A DNA stretch of 55,305 bases, filler included, from Diploschistes diacapsis (GCA_023645945.1; 5 parts of 5 records of this genome joined end to end with filler, not necessarily neighbours in it); one strand, 5' to 3'; positions 25,150 through 37,838 are shown, counted from the first letter of the whole stretch. The notes: a model not told the origin generated them from the sequence alone. Numbers and translations are program-made.

Positions 25150-27685
25150 ATGGTGTCCAAACCGTTCTATACAGATGCCCTAAAGGGGCTGTGTTCTAAG
25201 GATCAACTGGACCTATTGGACTCGGTCGACTATCTCCGTTCGCAAGGCATCAGTCATTATGTCTCGTTGCCACAGATCATCGTGTGCGGCGACCAGTCAT
25301 CCGGAAAGAGCTCTGTACTGGAAGCAATTTCTGGTGTATCGTTTCCGACTAAAAGCAACTTGTGCACCCGATTTCCGACAGAATTGGTCCTCCGCAAGAC
25401 ATCACACGTCGGTGTCAGCGTTTCAATCGTCCCGCATCATTCTCGCAGCGAGTCCGAGCAGCTCTCCCTTGGTAGCTTTCACGAAAACCTAAATGGCTTC
25501 GATGGGCTTCCAACTCTGATTGAGAATGCAAAAGCAGCCATGGGGATCTCCACACATGGCAAAGCTTTCTCGAAAGACCTCCTTCGTATTGAGGTCTCAG
25601 GTCCCGATCGGCCTCACTTGACTATTGTGGACCTTCCTGGACTGATCCATTCGGAAACAAAACAGCAGTCTGCCTCCGATGTCGATCTTGTACAAGACGT
25701 CGTTCAAACCTACATGAAAGAGCCAAGAAGCATCATTCTCGCCGTGGTTTCGGCGAAGAATGACTATGCGAACCAGGTCGTGTTGAAGCTCGCCCGCGTT
25801 GCGGACAAAAAAGGTAATCGGACGCTGGGCGTCATCACAAAGCCTGATACTTTGATTCCGGGTTCTGAGAGTGAAGCCATGTATGTCTCCCTTGCGAGAA
25901 ACCAGGACGTAGAGTTCCGTCTTGGATGGCATGTGTTGAAGAACATGGACTCTGAAACAGGAGAGTGGTCTTTGGTGGATCGCGACGTCAAGGAAGAGGA
26001 ATTTTTCTTGCAAGGGATATGGGAAGAACTCCCTCGATCGCTCTTAGGTGTCGATAAGTTACGAAGTCGGCTCAGCAAGGTCCTCCTTGGACAAATCGCC
26101 GCCGAACTACCCAGCTTGATTGACGAAATTGAAATCAAATCCAATGCTTGCCGCAGCCGATTGGATAAGCTTGGGGAGCCTCGAGCTACCTTGGACGAAC
26201 AGCGGCGCTATCTACTCTATATTAGTCAATCGTTCCAGTCCCTGGTCAAAGCCTCTGTGGATGGCACCTATAATGATCCGTTTTTTGATAACGCAGAGTC
26301 CGAAACTGGGTACCAAAAGCGTATCCGCGCCGTGATTCAGAATCTCAACCTGGATTTCGCAGAGCACATGGCTAGACGAGGTCACCGTCGCGAGATAACC
26401 AATTCGAAGGATACGACTCGCGTCTCTATCGGTGTTGTTCCTATTACTAGAGACGAATTCCTTGACCATATACAGCGATTGATGCGGAGAACGAGGGGTC
26501 GAGAGTTGCCCGGGACATTTAATCCGATGATAGTGGCAGATTTATTCCTGGAGCAATCAATTCCATGGGAAGCGATAACCCGGAGCCACATTGACAGGGT
26601 TTGGAAGGCTGCCAAAGATTTCCTCAGTCTTGCAGCCACTTACATCGCCGACGCCGCAACCTCTAAAGCACTATTCCAGAAGATCTTCGAGCCTGCTTTG
26701 AATCAGCTATTGGAAAGCTTGAACGTCAAGACCACTGACCTGCTAACGCCGCATCAGAAAAGTCATCCAATCACTTACAACCATTACTTCACCGAAACTC
26801 TCCAGAAGGTCCGTAATGAACGAAGCAAGAATGAATACTCCAGAGTCGTAAAGAATTTCTTTGGAGTCTCTAGCCTTGAATCAAGCGTCTATATGAACCA
26901 GCATCAAGACCTTAATCAGCTCGTGACAGCTCTTGTGCAAAGCACAGAACCGGACATGAACCGCTTCGCATGTTCTGAAGCTTTAGATTGTACGGAGGCG
27001 TATTACAAGGTCATATCTTCTTATATTTTATCCTTCCCCTACTTTCAACAACCTCGGCTGACCCTTTTGTGTACCCTTACAGGTTGCTTTGAAACGTTTC
27101 ATTGACGACATCGCTATCGAAGTCATTGAAGCCAAGCTTTTATCTCCGCTCGGCGATGTCTTCTCACCTGTAGCTGTGTCCGCCATGCCTGCTGACCTTG
27201 TAACCCGCATCGCTGGTGAATCTGAGGAGAATCGTGCCCAGCGTGAACAGTTGACCAAGCAGCTGGACGTCCTTACAAAAGGCTCTGATACCTGCAAGCG
27301 GTTCATGGGCGTCAGACTTCTCGGTAAGAAGGCACTCGGCGTGCCCCTCTCTCAGCTATTGCTAATGTATTGGATAGATTCGGATGATGGCACGATTCAA
27401 CTGGACCTCAAATCCAGCTCTGCAAACAACAATTCTAGCATCTTCGATATGGCGTCTGATGACTCGTCCCAGGAAGACGTCAGATCGTTGTCGGACAGAT
27501 CTGTCAGCTGTAGAGTCTCACCCATTGGCGTATGGGAGTTTGGGAGCACAGAGGCAAAAGATAGCAGCGTCACTCCAGAAGCCGATATCGTAGAGACACC
27601 ACCGGAAGAGTTTTTTTCTTCTTCTAAGAAGAAATCTAAGAAGTCGAAAGTTTCGGCGAAAAAGGCTATCTTTGAAGAAGCCTGA
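25150..27685 (+). CDS. Mx-like dynamin-related GTPase; exons 25150-27009, 27083-27323, 27378-27685
   Basis: LPQIIVCGDQSSGKSSVLEAISG (G1), CTRFPTE (G2), DLPGLI (G3), TKPD (G4), RGRELPG stalk, AYYK|VALKRFID GED, then an acidic and Lys-rich tail. Confidence 0.92.
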
Positions 27686-28689
27686 GCGGCTGCAACGCCT
27701 AGTTGGCGGCATAGTGTCGATCTACTCATACTCTAGAGATTCTATACTGGTGGTTGGAGTATTTGGCCTTACTAATTGATCGAGGGGGAATGCATCATGC
27801 CGAAATATTTGAGGAAATTGAAGAGTGGTGTCTGAATGGATGGGATATAAAGGGAAACACGAAGATACATGGTCCGCTAGCTCAACTGCTTCGCTTCTAT
27901 TACTACTCTTACTTCTTCATTTTACGTATCATGTCTTCCGAGGCCTCAAGGAGGGAGCAGCCTGCTTTGAAAACTGACGCCTTCTGCTGTGTCTCCCGTG
28001 CACCACATCGATGTTACATGTCCCTATCCAGCAACTGTTGCATCCTCCCCATCTTTACCCTACAGTCACAATTAGCTCTGAGCAGAGAAGTTCCGTCTTT
28101 TCAGCCTTGATAGTCTAGAAGGTTCTCAATTCATGTCTACCTGGCTCACGGAAGCTGCTATGTACGATCTACTTCAATAACGGTAAGAAGTGGGCTTCAG
28201 GTCAGGCATAGAAAGGTAGACACAAAAAAAAAGTAGCGCTCTTTTGACATGGAGCAGTATCTTCTACTAAGGTAAAGGGGAGAGGATTGGATTTATCTTC
28301 TCCTCATACGCGGGGGCCTTGTACCATCTACCACGGCCGTTACTGATGCGATCCTAATAGCCTTGCATATTGGTGATATGCCTCGGACAGATACGGCTTT
28401 TCCTTAGCGCGATTCTTGCACTACTGACCGAAGACCGTATTATTATTCGTTACTGTCCTCGAAGAAGCAGCACGCTGTGGTCTGTTGTCACCACGCAGGT
28501 CGTGATCGCTTAGCCCTGGGTTCGCCTTATCAGGGGGCAGGTTTCCTCCTGGGCCCCGACGAGAGTGTATCTTATCACGCTTACGCGCTTTCCCCTTAAA
28601 ACCTATAAGTCGACAAGGTTGCTTTCGATGTTACGCCTCACGATCCGTGAAAGACCTCAAGCCGCATCCTCCCCGTCAGGGGTTTCCAA

Positions 28690-30000
28690 GCCTACAGTGC
28701 ATCCACGATGGAAATGGCGAAGAAGTTGAAAACCAGACTACCGCCGCAGACAACACTATGATACGTCCCAAGCATCATCAGCGCTCAGGGTTGGTACCTG
28801 GCAGACGATGGCCCAATGAAGGGCGTAGAAGACGTTGGAAATAAGCGATTGGTACACATACCAGCGCGGTCGGGTTGCGAGGAATATTATAGCAAGTTGC
28901 GTAGAAAAATAGCACCATTTTGGAATATGAGCATGATGCCCGGATGTAGAAGGAGATGGCGCCTTACCAATGGATAGCCCGCCACATATGCGCCATGATA
29001 CCTGCAACTGTAGCAGAGCCACTGAGATACGACGCAAGCAGGCGACCGCCAGAGATTGCCAGAAAGATGCGAGGAGAAACTTCGACAATGAAGGCGATCA
29101 TTAACGACGTCAACGCAGGCTACACGACCCCTATCACGTGCGGACGTGCCATCTTTTGATTTGGACTCTCGACTCCCATTTCACGCCTCCAGCATGATCA
29201 ATGAAGGCAAGCGAAGCAGCTTTCCAGGGCCTGGACGGGGACCATGAAGGCCCCAACGAATCGTGTTAAGACAGCCCAAGCAGTGGCGTAATCGGAGCCC
29301 ATGGATATAACGACATGCACAAGCCAAAGATTGAGTGCGTTCCTTATGGTAGACTCAAGGAACGTTATGATGCCTGGTCGCAGACGCATCGTGGATCCAC
29401 GTAGACTTGAGATTGTCGCGCCTTTCAGCGCAGCAGCGGAGCTTTGGGATCGGGGTAGTTGTCACGTACACGAAATAGATCATTCCAGCAAAGGTTGAAG
29501 ACATGGAATTCTGAAATGACGAGTAGGTCCAGTAAGATATTGATCGCAAATTTGACAGAGCTAACTTCTCTATAGCAGAGCTGAGACAAAGGAAAGAGCT
29601 CAGGCGTACTTACGTCAAACTGGCACTTCGGCGTTCCAGCAGGCACGAATCCCTTGTTCATCATGCGACACGCATCTCTGCCGTGAGACACAGATCCCGT
29701 TTCATCCCCGATATGGGGCTGTGGCCTCTGCCATGTTCTCGTCTTTTGGGAGCATCGCATAGCGGAAATGAAGTTTGAAAAGCATGCCTCCTCACATAAT
29801 TCTAAGAAGCTTTAGTTATGTCAATACCTCTCATCCGGGCACTATCAGACCAATCTGCTATCTGCACCTCTGCACGACTTCTATGCACGCAATTGTCCAT
29901 TGGCAATCATCAACTTAGCTCAGTACTCTACATCTTATGTTCGGGATAAGATGCGATGAAGTAAGCGTTCCCATCGCCGACGGCATAAATGGACTCATCA
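28690..30000 (-). pseudogene. Degraded fungal MATE-like multipass membrane protein
   Basis: Fragments [96 protein letters not shown] and WAIVCQV are spread across frames with stops. Ends are approximate. Confidence 0.7.
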
Positions 30001-30819
30001 CTACCTTCGTTACGCCAAGTAATTCTGGTCTGACCTGCTTCAGCAAGACAAGATGGCGATGGCAAACATAGACCGAGTTCTCGTACTCCAAGCACCAGCT
30101 GCCTGGACCCAAAATACTTACTTCCTTACCACTATCTAGAACCATATCGGCCGCTCCGCTATCTCTCCTTTCTATTTCACCTTACCGGCCGACCAACGTA
30201 GGCCAGGGTTGACTTCACCGCAATACGCAATGAGCGGCACATCAAGGATTTTCGTATTCGAACCCATTGTGAAGACCACCCAGTACTGTTTGGATCTAAT
30301 ACGGACCGTCGATCTAAATTGGCCATGTGCTTCTTGAGATAGAGAATCTCTCTCCATAGGCTGGCCTTACTACCTTGTGGGCACGCTACTTGAGAATTGC
30401 ACGGTTGGGGATACCACGAAATAATTGCGTTTTGGGACGTCTCTATGTCGTTTTCTACACCCTCCCTTTAAACGACACACGAAAGTAAGCCTACATGCAA
30501 TAGGTTGCTTCCGAGCATGAGAATCGTTCCATATTTATCTCAACCAGTTGGTTAACGAATCCGAAAAGTCTCTAATGTCGAATCCATCATGATGACTGGC
30601 GTAAAAAGTCACCGCATTTGATTGGATCTGCCGGGCTTGATTTCTGATAAAAAGCGCTCACACCATCTTTATTGATGAGGCAAGTCAATCAGCATTCTAC
30701 CGACTAGCTGTCACCCCCACTTTGTAGACACAATGGTATCTTACCCTCAGTAGGGCGCTATTCTATTATTCTATAATATCCGCGCCATTCGATGTATTCA
30801 ACCTAAAGCTACTTTCCAA

Positions 30820-32103
30820 ATGGATGCTTACCCTCCACAGGTCAACAAAAAGCTTTGGAATCGATTCTATGAGCCTTTGATACTCTTGCTGGCTTATGGA
30901 AAATCACAGGGGAAGCATGTCAAATCCGACGAGGCATCATCTGAAACGTGTATTGATGGCAGCAACAAGACGCTGAACAAGAACTTGCTTGACGAGCTTG
31001 CATATATATGCGATTATTCGCCTAGTGGAGATACCGTGTCTGCAATTGCGATACAGGATGGCCCAGGTTTGATCTATTGGGTGGCCGCAAATACCAGCCA
31101 AGGACCTAAAGTCAAGCCTTTTCTCTCCGGCATCTTACAGCTACTTGGCCAAGTTTATAACGCAAGCGATGAGCAGCTTTCTACGTTGAAACATCAAATT
31201 TCTGACCGCGCAATAGTGTTCTCGGCCCAGAAATTGCGGCGTTATAGGTTCATGCTGAAACGTACGATCAAAACATGCATCCCAAGACTATTGGAAGGAC
31301 AAAGTGAAGTAGGTCGTATTGACATGCCAAAACTCGAGGGTTTCTCTATGAGTCACTGATTCATTGATCAAACACTAATGTCTATTACAGAAGCAAACGC
31401 TCTGAAGGACTGGCTTGTTTCATTGTCTGACTCGGATTTGGATCTCCGTTGCTTTTGCCGACTATGCTACGGAGCTAAAGGCTCGGTGCTTTTGAAAGCA
31501 GTCGAACAGAGGGCCAAAATTAGTAGCATACACGAAGACGACACTTCGTATGAAGCCGGGTTTGGCCGTATTCGACATTTTATCGGTCGTATAGGGTCGC
31601 ACCTGAAAGCCGCACGGGTTTTGGTGGAATTTGGGAGGCACTACCCTCAACTATTTACGGGCTGGTCGATTGAGATTGCCACACAACACCTGGGCTTCAC
31701 ATCACCGTCATATAGGGGGAAGTCTTCGATCAACGGCATAGTCAACCGAATGGTCACAGATCCCCAGGCCTGCCAATATTATCAAAATGAGCTCCAATCC
31801 CAGGACGTGAAATTTCATCTTTGATTAGAAAAACGCATTCGAGATGAGTACCAAAACCCAAAATTTAAGCTGAGGGTTCACGCAGAGATTATCCTTTTAG
31901 ATCTGTTTCACCGGCAAAACTTCCGGGTTTGGGATAGGATTCGGTATATCGGTGTTAGTAAACCATCGTGTTTCTTATGTTATCGGTACTTTCAGGCCCA
32001 TCCATTACAGGTTCAAACATCGGGCTGTAGTAATAACCAGGGACATTTTGGACTTCGATGTCACCTCATGATCGGACAGACATTATACCGAAGCCGAGAA
32101 TAA
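30820..32103 (+). pseudogene. OTT_1508-like nucleic-acid deaminase with an in-frame TGA at 31822-31824; intron about 31304/31313-31390
   Basis: N-terminal RFYEPLILL..LDELAYICD..GDTVSAIAIQD..YWVAAN, middle IRHFIGRIGSH. After the stop and in the same frame: RVHAEIILL (31873-) and YIGVSKPSCFLC (31945-31980), the Zn-deaminase HxE and PCxxC-type motifs. Confidence 0.82.
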
Positions 32104-32349
32104 GGCGGATCAATCCTGGCATCATCCCATCAACCACCATCGACTCTATAATTACGATGGTATCAAACCTGGCAGTCTCAACATATAAGCTGATCCTACA
32201 CATAATCAACAGTAAGCTGCAAGATGGCCAAGGACTCACTAATGACCTACTAATGACCAAGACAGCCAATATCGCATCCGATCCCGAGTCTGCTGTGGCC
32301 ATTAACTCTTTCTTCACCACGAAAGTCATCATCCTATAATCCTCAATCG

Positions 32350-32980
32350 AGCAGGTTATATGCCGAACGCCCGTAAGAACCTGATGTACGAGAGCTTAAA
32401 TGCTCCTTATAATGCGTCTGATCACCGAGCCATGGCTAATCGCACGATATATACTCGAGCATGCTCCGCAAGCAGTATTGGGCCATCCGTCTCCGCTAAG
32501 GCGCCGAAAGGGGATCCGTTATCTTTACGCGGCACTCCTTGAAAATTTCCGAAATTATAATCGTATCGTCGATATTTTAAAAGGTGCTTTTCATAAGCAT
32601 TATAAGGATGGCGAGTCGTGAGTAGAAATTTAGATCGCTTTTATAAAAGTCCTACCGATTCTAAATAAAATTACTACCCGAATCCATTCCGCAAAAGAGT
32701 TGATAAAAAAATGCGAACTCCCGGAACCCGATAAATTCTTTCACGAAATCGTTTTTAAATGGGCTATACCCGAGAAATATGTGCTACATGAGGTCTCCTT
32801 ATAGACCTTAATGGAACGTGAGCTTCAAAAGCATTACTTTTTATAACCGTCCACTACGGAAGTACGACGCTATACCGCGAAAGAACTCCAACCCTGGGTT
32901 TCTTGGCACGAAAGTTGGAGCTAGAGCCCCTCTGAACTGGGTCTCTCACCAGCTTTTTCATGCACTCCGGATCATCCCAC
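32350..32980 (+). pseudogene. Stop-riddled (RIP-like) remnant of a fungal hypothetical-protein gene
   Basis: Long protein-like frame EI*IAFIKV..RIHSAKELIKKCELPEPDKFFHEIVFKWAIPEKYVLHEVSL*TLMER..YFL*PSTTEVRRYTAKEL. The stops are mostly TAG/TAA and AT content is elevated. Confidence 0.5.
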
Positions 32981-33163
32981 TACTTTAGGTCAGTATCAAT
33001 GAAGTCAGGCAGCGGAAGCAGCAAGTCCTAACGAAGATGTTTCAAGGTACTAACCATTCACGCAGCTCTGCCTGCGGAGATTAAACGAGTTCGGCGACTC
33101 GCTCACAATGTCGGCTCCATATCAACCTTCCATTCTCCCTCCCCAACCACCACCTCAACCCCC

Positions 33164-33263
33164 NNNNNNNNNNNNNNNNNNNNNNNNNNNNNNNNNNNNN
33201 NNNNNNNTTAATTAATTAANNNNNNNNNNNNNNNNNNNNNNNNNNNNNNNNNNNNNNNNNNNN
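33164..33263. other. Artificial contig spacer
   Basis: N44-TTAATTAATTAA-N44. Confidence 0.98.
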
Positions 33264-33512
33264 AAAGCCCCCTCCTCCGCGCTCGCCGCCCGCCAACGCG
33301 CCCGCTTCGCCTCCGCGGCAACGAAAGCGAAGGAGCGGGAGATGAAGGCGGAGAAGCAAGCGGAGAAGGACGGGGCGGTGAGGAAGATCAAGGAGAGGCG
33401 GGAGAGGGTGGCGGAGCGGAAGAGGTGGGAGGAGATGGAGGCGAAGATGCACCGGAAGAGGGTGGACAGGCGGAAGAGGAGGGAGAAGAGGAACAAGGCG
33501 CTCAGGGCTTAG
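33264..33512 (+). CDS. CGR1: rRNA-processing protein Cgr1, 3' part (5' truncated by the contig end)
   Basis: ATKAKEREMKAEKQAEKDGAVRKIKERRERVAERKRWEEMEAKMHRKRVDRRKRREKRNKALRA*. Confidence 0.85.
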   Translation, partial: KAPSSALAARQRARFASAATKAKEREMKAEKQAEKDGAVRKIKERRERVAERKRWEEMEAKMHRKRVDRRKRREKRNKALRA

Positions 33513-36049
33513 GGGTTTTTGTTTGGGAATAGGCCAGTGGGGGAGAAGACGGTGGAGATTGTTGTTTTGGGAAGGAGGTAGGAAAAAAAGGGTGGGAGAT
33601 GGTATGAGACGAGAGATAGGTGGTTGGATGCGGGAAAACGGGGGCTTTTCACGAGCTTGTGGAATGAAAAGTACATGCGAGGACTACGGGGCGGCGCAAG
33701 GATCGGTGGTGCTCAAAACTGCGGAGCGTGATGTGTGCACCATTTTTGAAGGACTTTGTTGATGATAAGGTTGGCGACATGCTGCCATACATTGCTCTGC
33801 GGAATTCGGCTTCCGCAGCAGGGCACAACGTCACACAAACAAAGCAGAAGCAGCCGATGGATCAACAGTGAGAACATTGGGCGCGCAGGAACAGCATCAA
33901 CATCGTATGCAGAGAACCGAGCCTCAAATCTCTTGCGTAGGCTGATTGCCGGCATGGTACGCAGGAAAACCGATCTATCTAAAACACAACAATATGCAAT
34001 CAGGCCTTGCATATTGCACGGACGTGGCTAGCTGCTCGTCAACTTTGATAACTGCCGATCCGCATCTGAACAAAGGTCCTCTGTGTAGCTTCCACTCCAG
34101 CAGAGGGCGGGTAGCTGCTCGGGAGCTTCATGAACTGCCGAGTCACATCTGATCAGGGTTCGTCTGTGTATCCATTACTCTAAAGTAAACAGCAAAGTCA
34201 AGGCGATTCCTGTTCAGTGGAAAGTTGCTTTAGTCGTAGACCCCATAGAACGGAAGACATCAATATTAACGTAGCTTGGTCGTTCATTCACATTAGCGTG
34301 CTCCGTACGTGGAAACGTCGGCCTGACAGCTCCGCCAATCGAGGTTCGAGCGTCAACCAGCCTTGGATAAAGCCCAGATGGAGGGAGCGACAACATATAG
34401 TTCGGCCGATAGTGGTCTGAGGGGAGACTCCTTGGGTGGAACGGCAAAACTTATCCTGATATGGACATCCAGTGGGAGGAAGATGCGGTACAAACCCTTG
34501 CTGGCACCGATAGATAAGAGAAAATAATCAAGAAACGGTTGAACAAGGTGTATACTTCTATATCAAGCAAGTAGCACGACTTCGTTCCGACACCGGCCGG
34601 CGGAGAACTGCCAGCGCTTTGACCAGGTACCTACAGGGGTTTGAACTTTCAACAACGGCCAGTGTGCATCACATCCCACGTCCCACTACGCATCGTGCGT
34701 CTTCAATGCCTGCATACGATACTTTCGTAGATGCGAGGCTGGCGTGCATCTGCCGTGTAATCAAGGAATGTGACCCATGCCGGAGAAATATTGACAACCG
34801 AACCTTGTGCTAAATAAAGGTTGAAGAGTGACGTTGCTGCGGTCATTGAAGTAATAGCGTAGGACTTTGAGTAGAAGAGCTTGGGAAGGAAGCGAAGACC
34901 GTTTTTGCTTGATATCCACAAGAATGGAGCAGAATGGAACAAATTAGGGAAGCAGCTTTATCTACGGAGAGAGCCCCGTGCTGGCTGCATTTTCCCCACA
35001 CCCACTGCCTCTGGAGATTGATCTCTTTGGACAACGGCCGTGGAGCGTGCATCATTTTACTATCCCAGTACCAACGGACTTGCATATGCAGTGATGGCGC
35101 GCGGGTGTGAAGAATGGAAGCAATGCAGATCAAAGTTGCTCGAAATGATTTTTCTAGGAGCTGCATATAATATATTATCCTGTGTATAACATATTATCCT
35201 ATCCACTCTCAAGTTGCCGTAGTCAAGCCACCCCCACTACAAGTTACTAATCTGTGGCTGTAACTTTCGTAAGGGCCCCCCATAACTAAGTTAGTTAGTT
35301 GTACCCAGCCCAACCTCAAGTCCTTGTCTTCGTTCTTGTAGCATTCCCTGGTAGTAGTCAGCTCACACAGCCTAAGAAGAAAGTATGAATTGAGCGTTAT
35401 GGGCAGTGTATATATATGTATATTATATTATATTATATTATATTCTTATCATCGAGTGAATCGACTTGACTTGACTTTGACTTGACGCAGGTATCCCCCC
35501 GGTGTCGAAGCCTGTGCCCAACAACCTCCGAGTCCCCACTCTCCTCCCACTCTTCTCCCACTTCCAGACCCACGTTCGCATAACCGAGATGCATGTCAAA
35601 CAAAATATTGAGCAGTGTGTGAAACTTCCCAGTCTGTAGACTGTAGGTACAAGTACTGTAACCCCAAATCTTCTTCCCCACATAACTTAAGGTTCAGGCA
35701 AATCATTACTTATTTCGTAAGCTCGCCTTGCCCCCAATCCTTCCTTTAACTAGATACCTCTTCTTTTTTGCTTGACTTACTTACCCACTTCTCTCTATAA
35801 CTACAACTTTCTATTTCGGCTTCATCTTCTGCTTCTGACGCCGGTAGCTCTACATAGGCTCACACAAAAGCGCATATCAACGCATTTTGCAGTCTACTCA
35901 TTCATATAATTTCCATTTCACCACTAAGATATTGAGAGCCTTACCATACATTTGTCTGATGAAGTTGTCACAGCTTTGTTGCAATTGGGTTTTATTCTGG
36001 GCGGGACTGGGCCAATAAACCTCGTTTTGCCTTGACCATTCCCCTAGTA

Positions 36050-37838
36050 ATGGCCGAGGTTTTGAGGATTTCGCCAACTCACGAACCTCCTTTCCCGTCA
36101 GCCGGTCTTCGAAGAACAGCATCTCAAACTTGCTTTTTCCTCGACCAATCTTCACCATCCCAAACAAACAGCTCCGAAAACTATGCTCGTAGATGCTCGA
36201 GCTCACTTTCTTCCTCGGCCCCCTCCTCTCCCAGACTGGCCAGCCAGGACCTCCTGAGCTTGCCATCCTGCTCTTCCACACCAGCAAGCAGCTTGTCGCT
36301 GCGAGACCAATTCTGCCTTGATGAAGGGGACGGAGTTCAGCCATTTTCATATTTTCATAACCTTGGAGAAGATTCGTTGGACGAAGAAAATTCTACTCCA
36401 TCTAATTCTCCCCCCAGATCCTCCCATCAAGAGCTTTCACATTACCTTAGGGCTCTGGACACACCTAACCCGGCTTTTAAAAGCCGACGTTCGGCGGGCG
36501 ACGACTTGGCTGTGGAGGAGCAACCTTCTCGACATGTCGACTATCTGTCCCACGAGTGGGAAGAGGATGAAATACGGTCTTCGTGGAGGCATGTTGTTGG
36601 AAAGAGAAGGGTCCTGGACAATTGGGAAAGGCTGGAAAACGCTTCATGGAGAACATGGGCCAAATCTAGAGGGCGCCTGCTGACCATTTCTCCGGAAGCT
36701 TTGAATTGGTAAGCCAAGCGGCGTTACACAGCATTTGCACCATATGCTAAGCTTCAAAAGGATGAAAGATCACGACGTGACCTGGCTTTACGGCCCTTTG
36801 CAGCCTGGTCGAGTAAACAAAATTGGAGTGGCTTCGCTCGGTTCGACCACGCGTCTTTCGAGGATGGACTCGTTCGTCGCAAAGAAGTCGATCCTCAAGA
36901 AGCGAAGCTTATCCGAGGCAATGCTGCAGCGCTCGCTGTCAAGTTCGACACTTGTCAGACAAGCTGTTGATTCCATCGTATCCCAAGGGCCACTCTCCGC
37001 GAGAAATCGGCCGATACTGGGCTCCAATGCTATTGAAGAAGCGTCGAAACTGGGGAAGATGCCATTTTCGACCCCGATTCAGACGCCCACTCGAACCATG
37101 AATAGCTCTTCTTCTTCGTCTGGTGTACACACGCCCAGCGAAAGGCGCCATATCCACTTCAGCGAAAAGGTCGAGCAATGCATTGCGATCAACAAGGACA
37201 CCTATTATGATCAAGAGGGCGAATGGCTTGATACTATTGTGGTGCCGGATTCCGACGACGATGGTGCATCGGACGACGGGATACTTATGATGAAGGCCGA
37301 AAGAGGTAAAGAGCGAAGATTGAGCTCCTCGCGAAGTGGAACGCCTCGACCGAGCTTCAGCAGCAGTGACGTGGGTCAGAAGACCATAGCGATGCTTCCA
37401 GCTACAAAACTCAGGGGCGATACTCCTGAACCGCCGGAGCCTTTCAATTCTACCCCCGGGCTTTGGAACCCTCGGGCACCCCTTACCAAATCATCCTCTC
37501 AGGAGACTTTGAAACCTTCGCGTCCTTCCTCAAACTTTCTCCTAGACGAGGAAGAGGATCTTGCTGCCAGCAGGCAACTCTCGTTGCCATTCTCACCAGA
37601 AGCCTCCCGGCCGCCCTCCAAAGCCAAACATGTCTCAACATCAGCCGGCTCGATGGTTGACGAAGACCAGGAGATGGAATCAAAAGGGCTGAGACGAACA
37701 CCTTCCGGAATGTTCATGCCCTACGATGAAAATGAAGAAGACTACACAAATCCAGGCCTTTTCGGTAAGGTCATCGACACCGTCAATACGGCCAAGGACA
37801 TCGCACATGTCATATGGAACGTTGGCTGGCGACGTTGA
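36050..37838 (+). CDS. Reg1/Hex2-like PP1 regulatory subunit (DUF1752); exons 36050-36708, 36761-37838
   Basis: PSRHVDYLSHEW..IRSSWR, RLENASWRTW, LNW|MKDHDVTWLYGPL, KSILKKRS, RHIHFSEKVEQCIAI (RVxF-type PP1 motif) and VDTVNTAKDIAHVIWNVGWR-type C-terminus. Confidence 0.9.

Noticed and set aside
22185..33163. Calling contig 3 a Starship or other defined mobile element
   Set aside because: No tyrosine-recombinase captain, transposase or terminal repeats are visible. Only the cargo-like content is suggestive.
33700..35200. Possible degraded gene in the long intergenic region (similarly 40560-41300 and 52487-52816)
   Set aside because: Only short ORFs with no recognisable motif or consistent splice structure.
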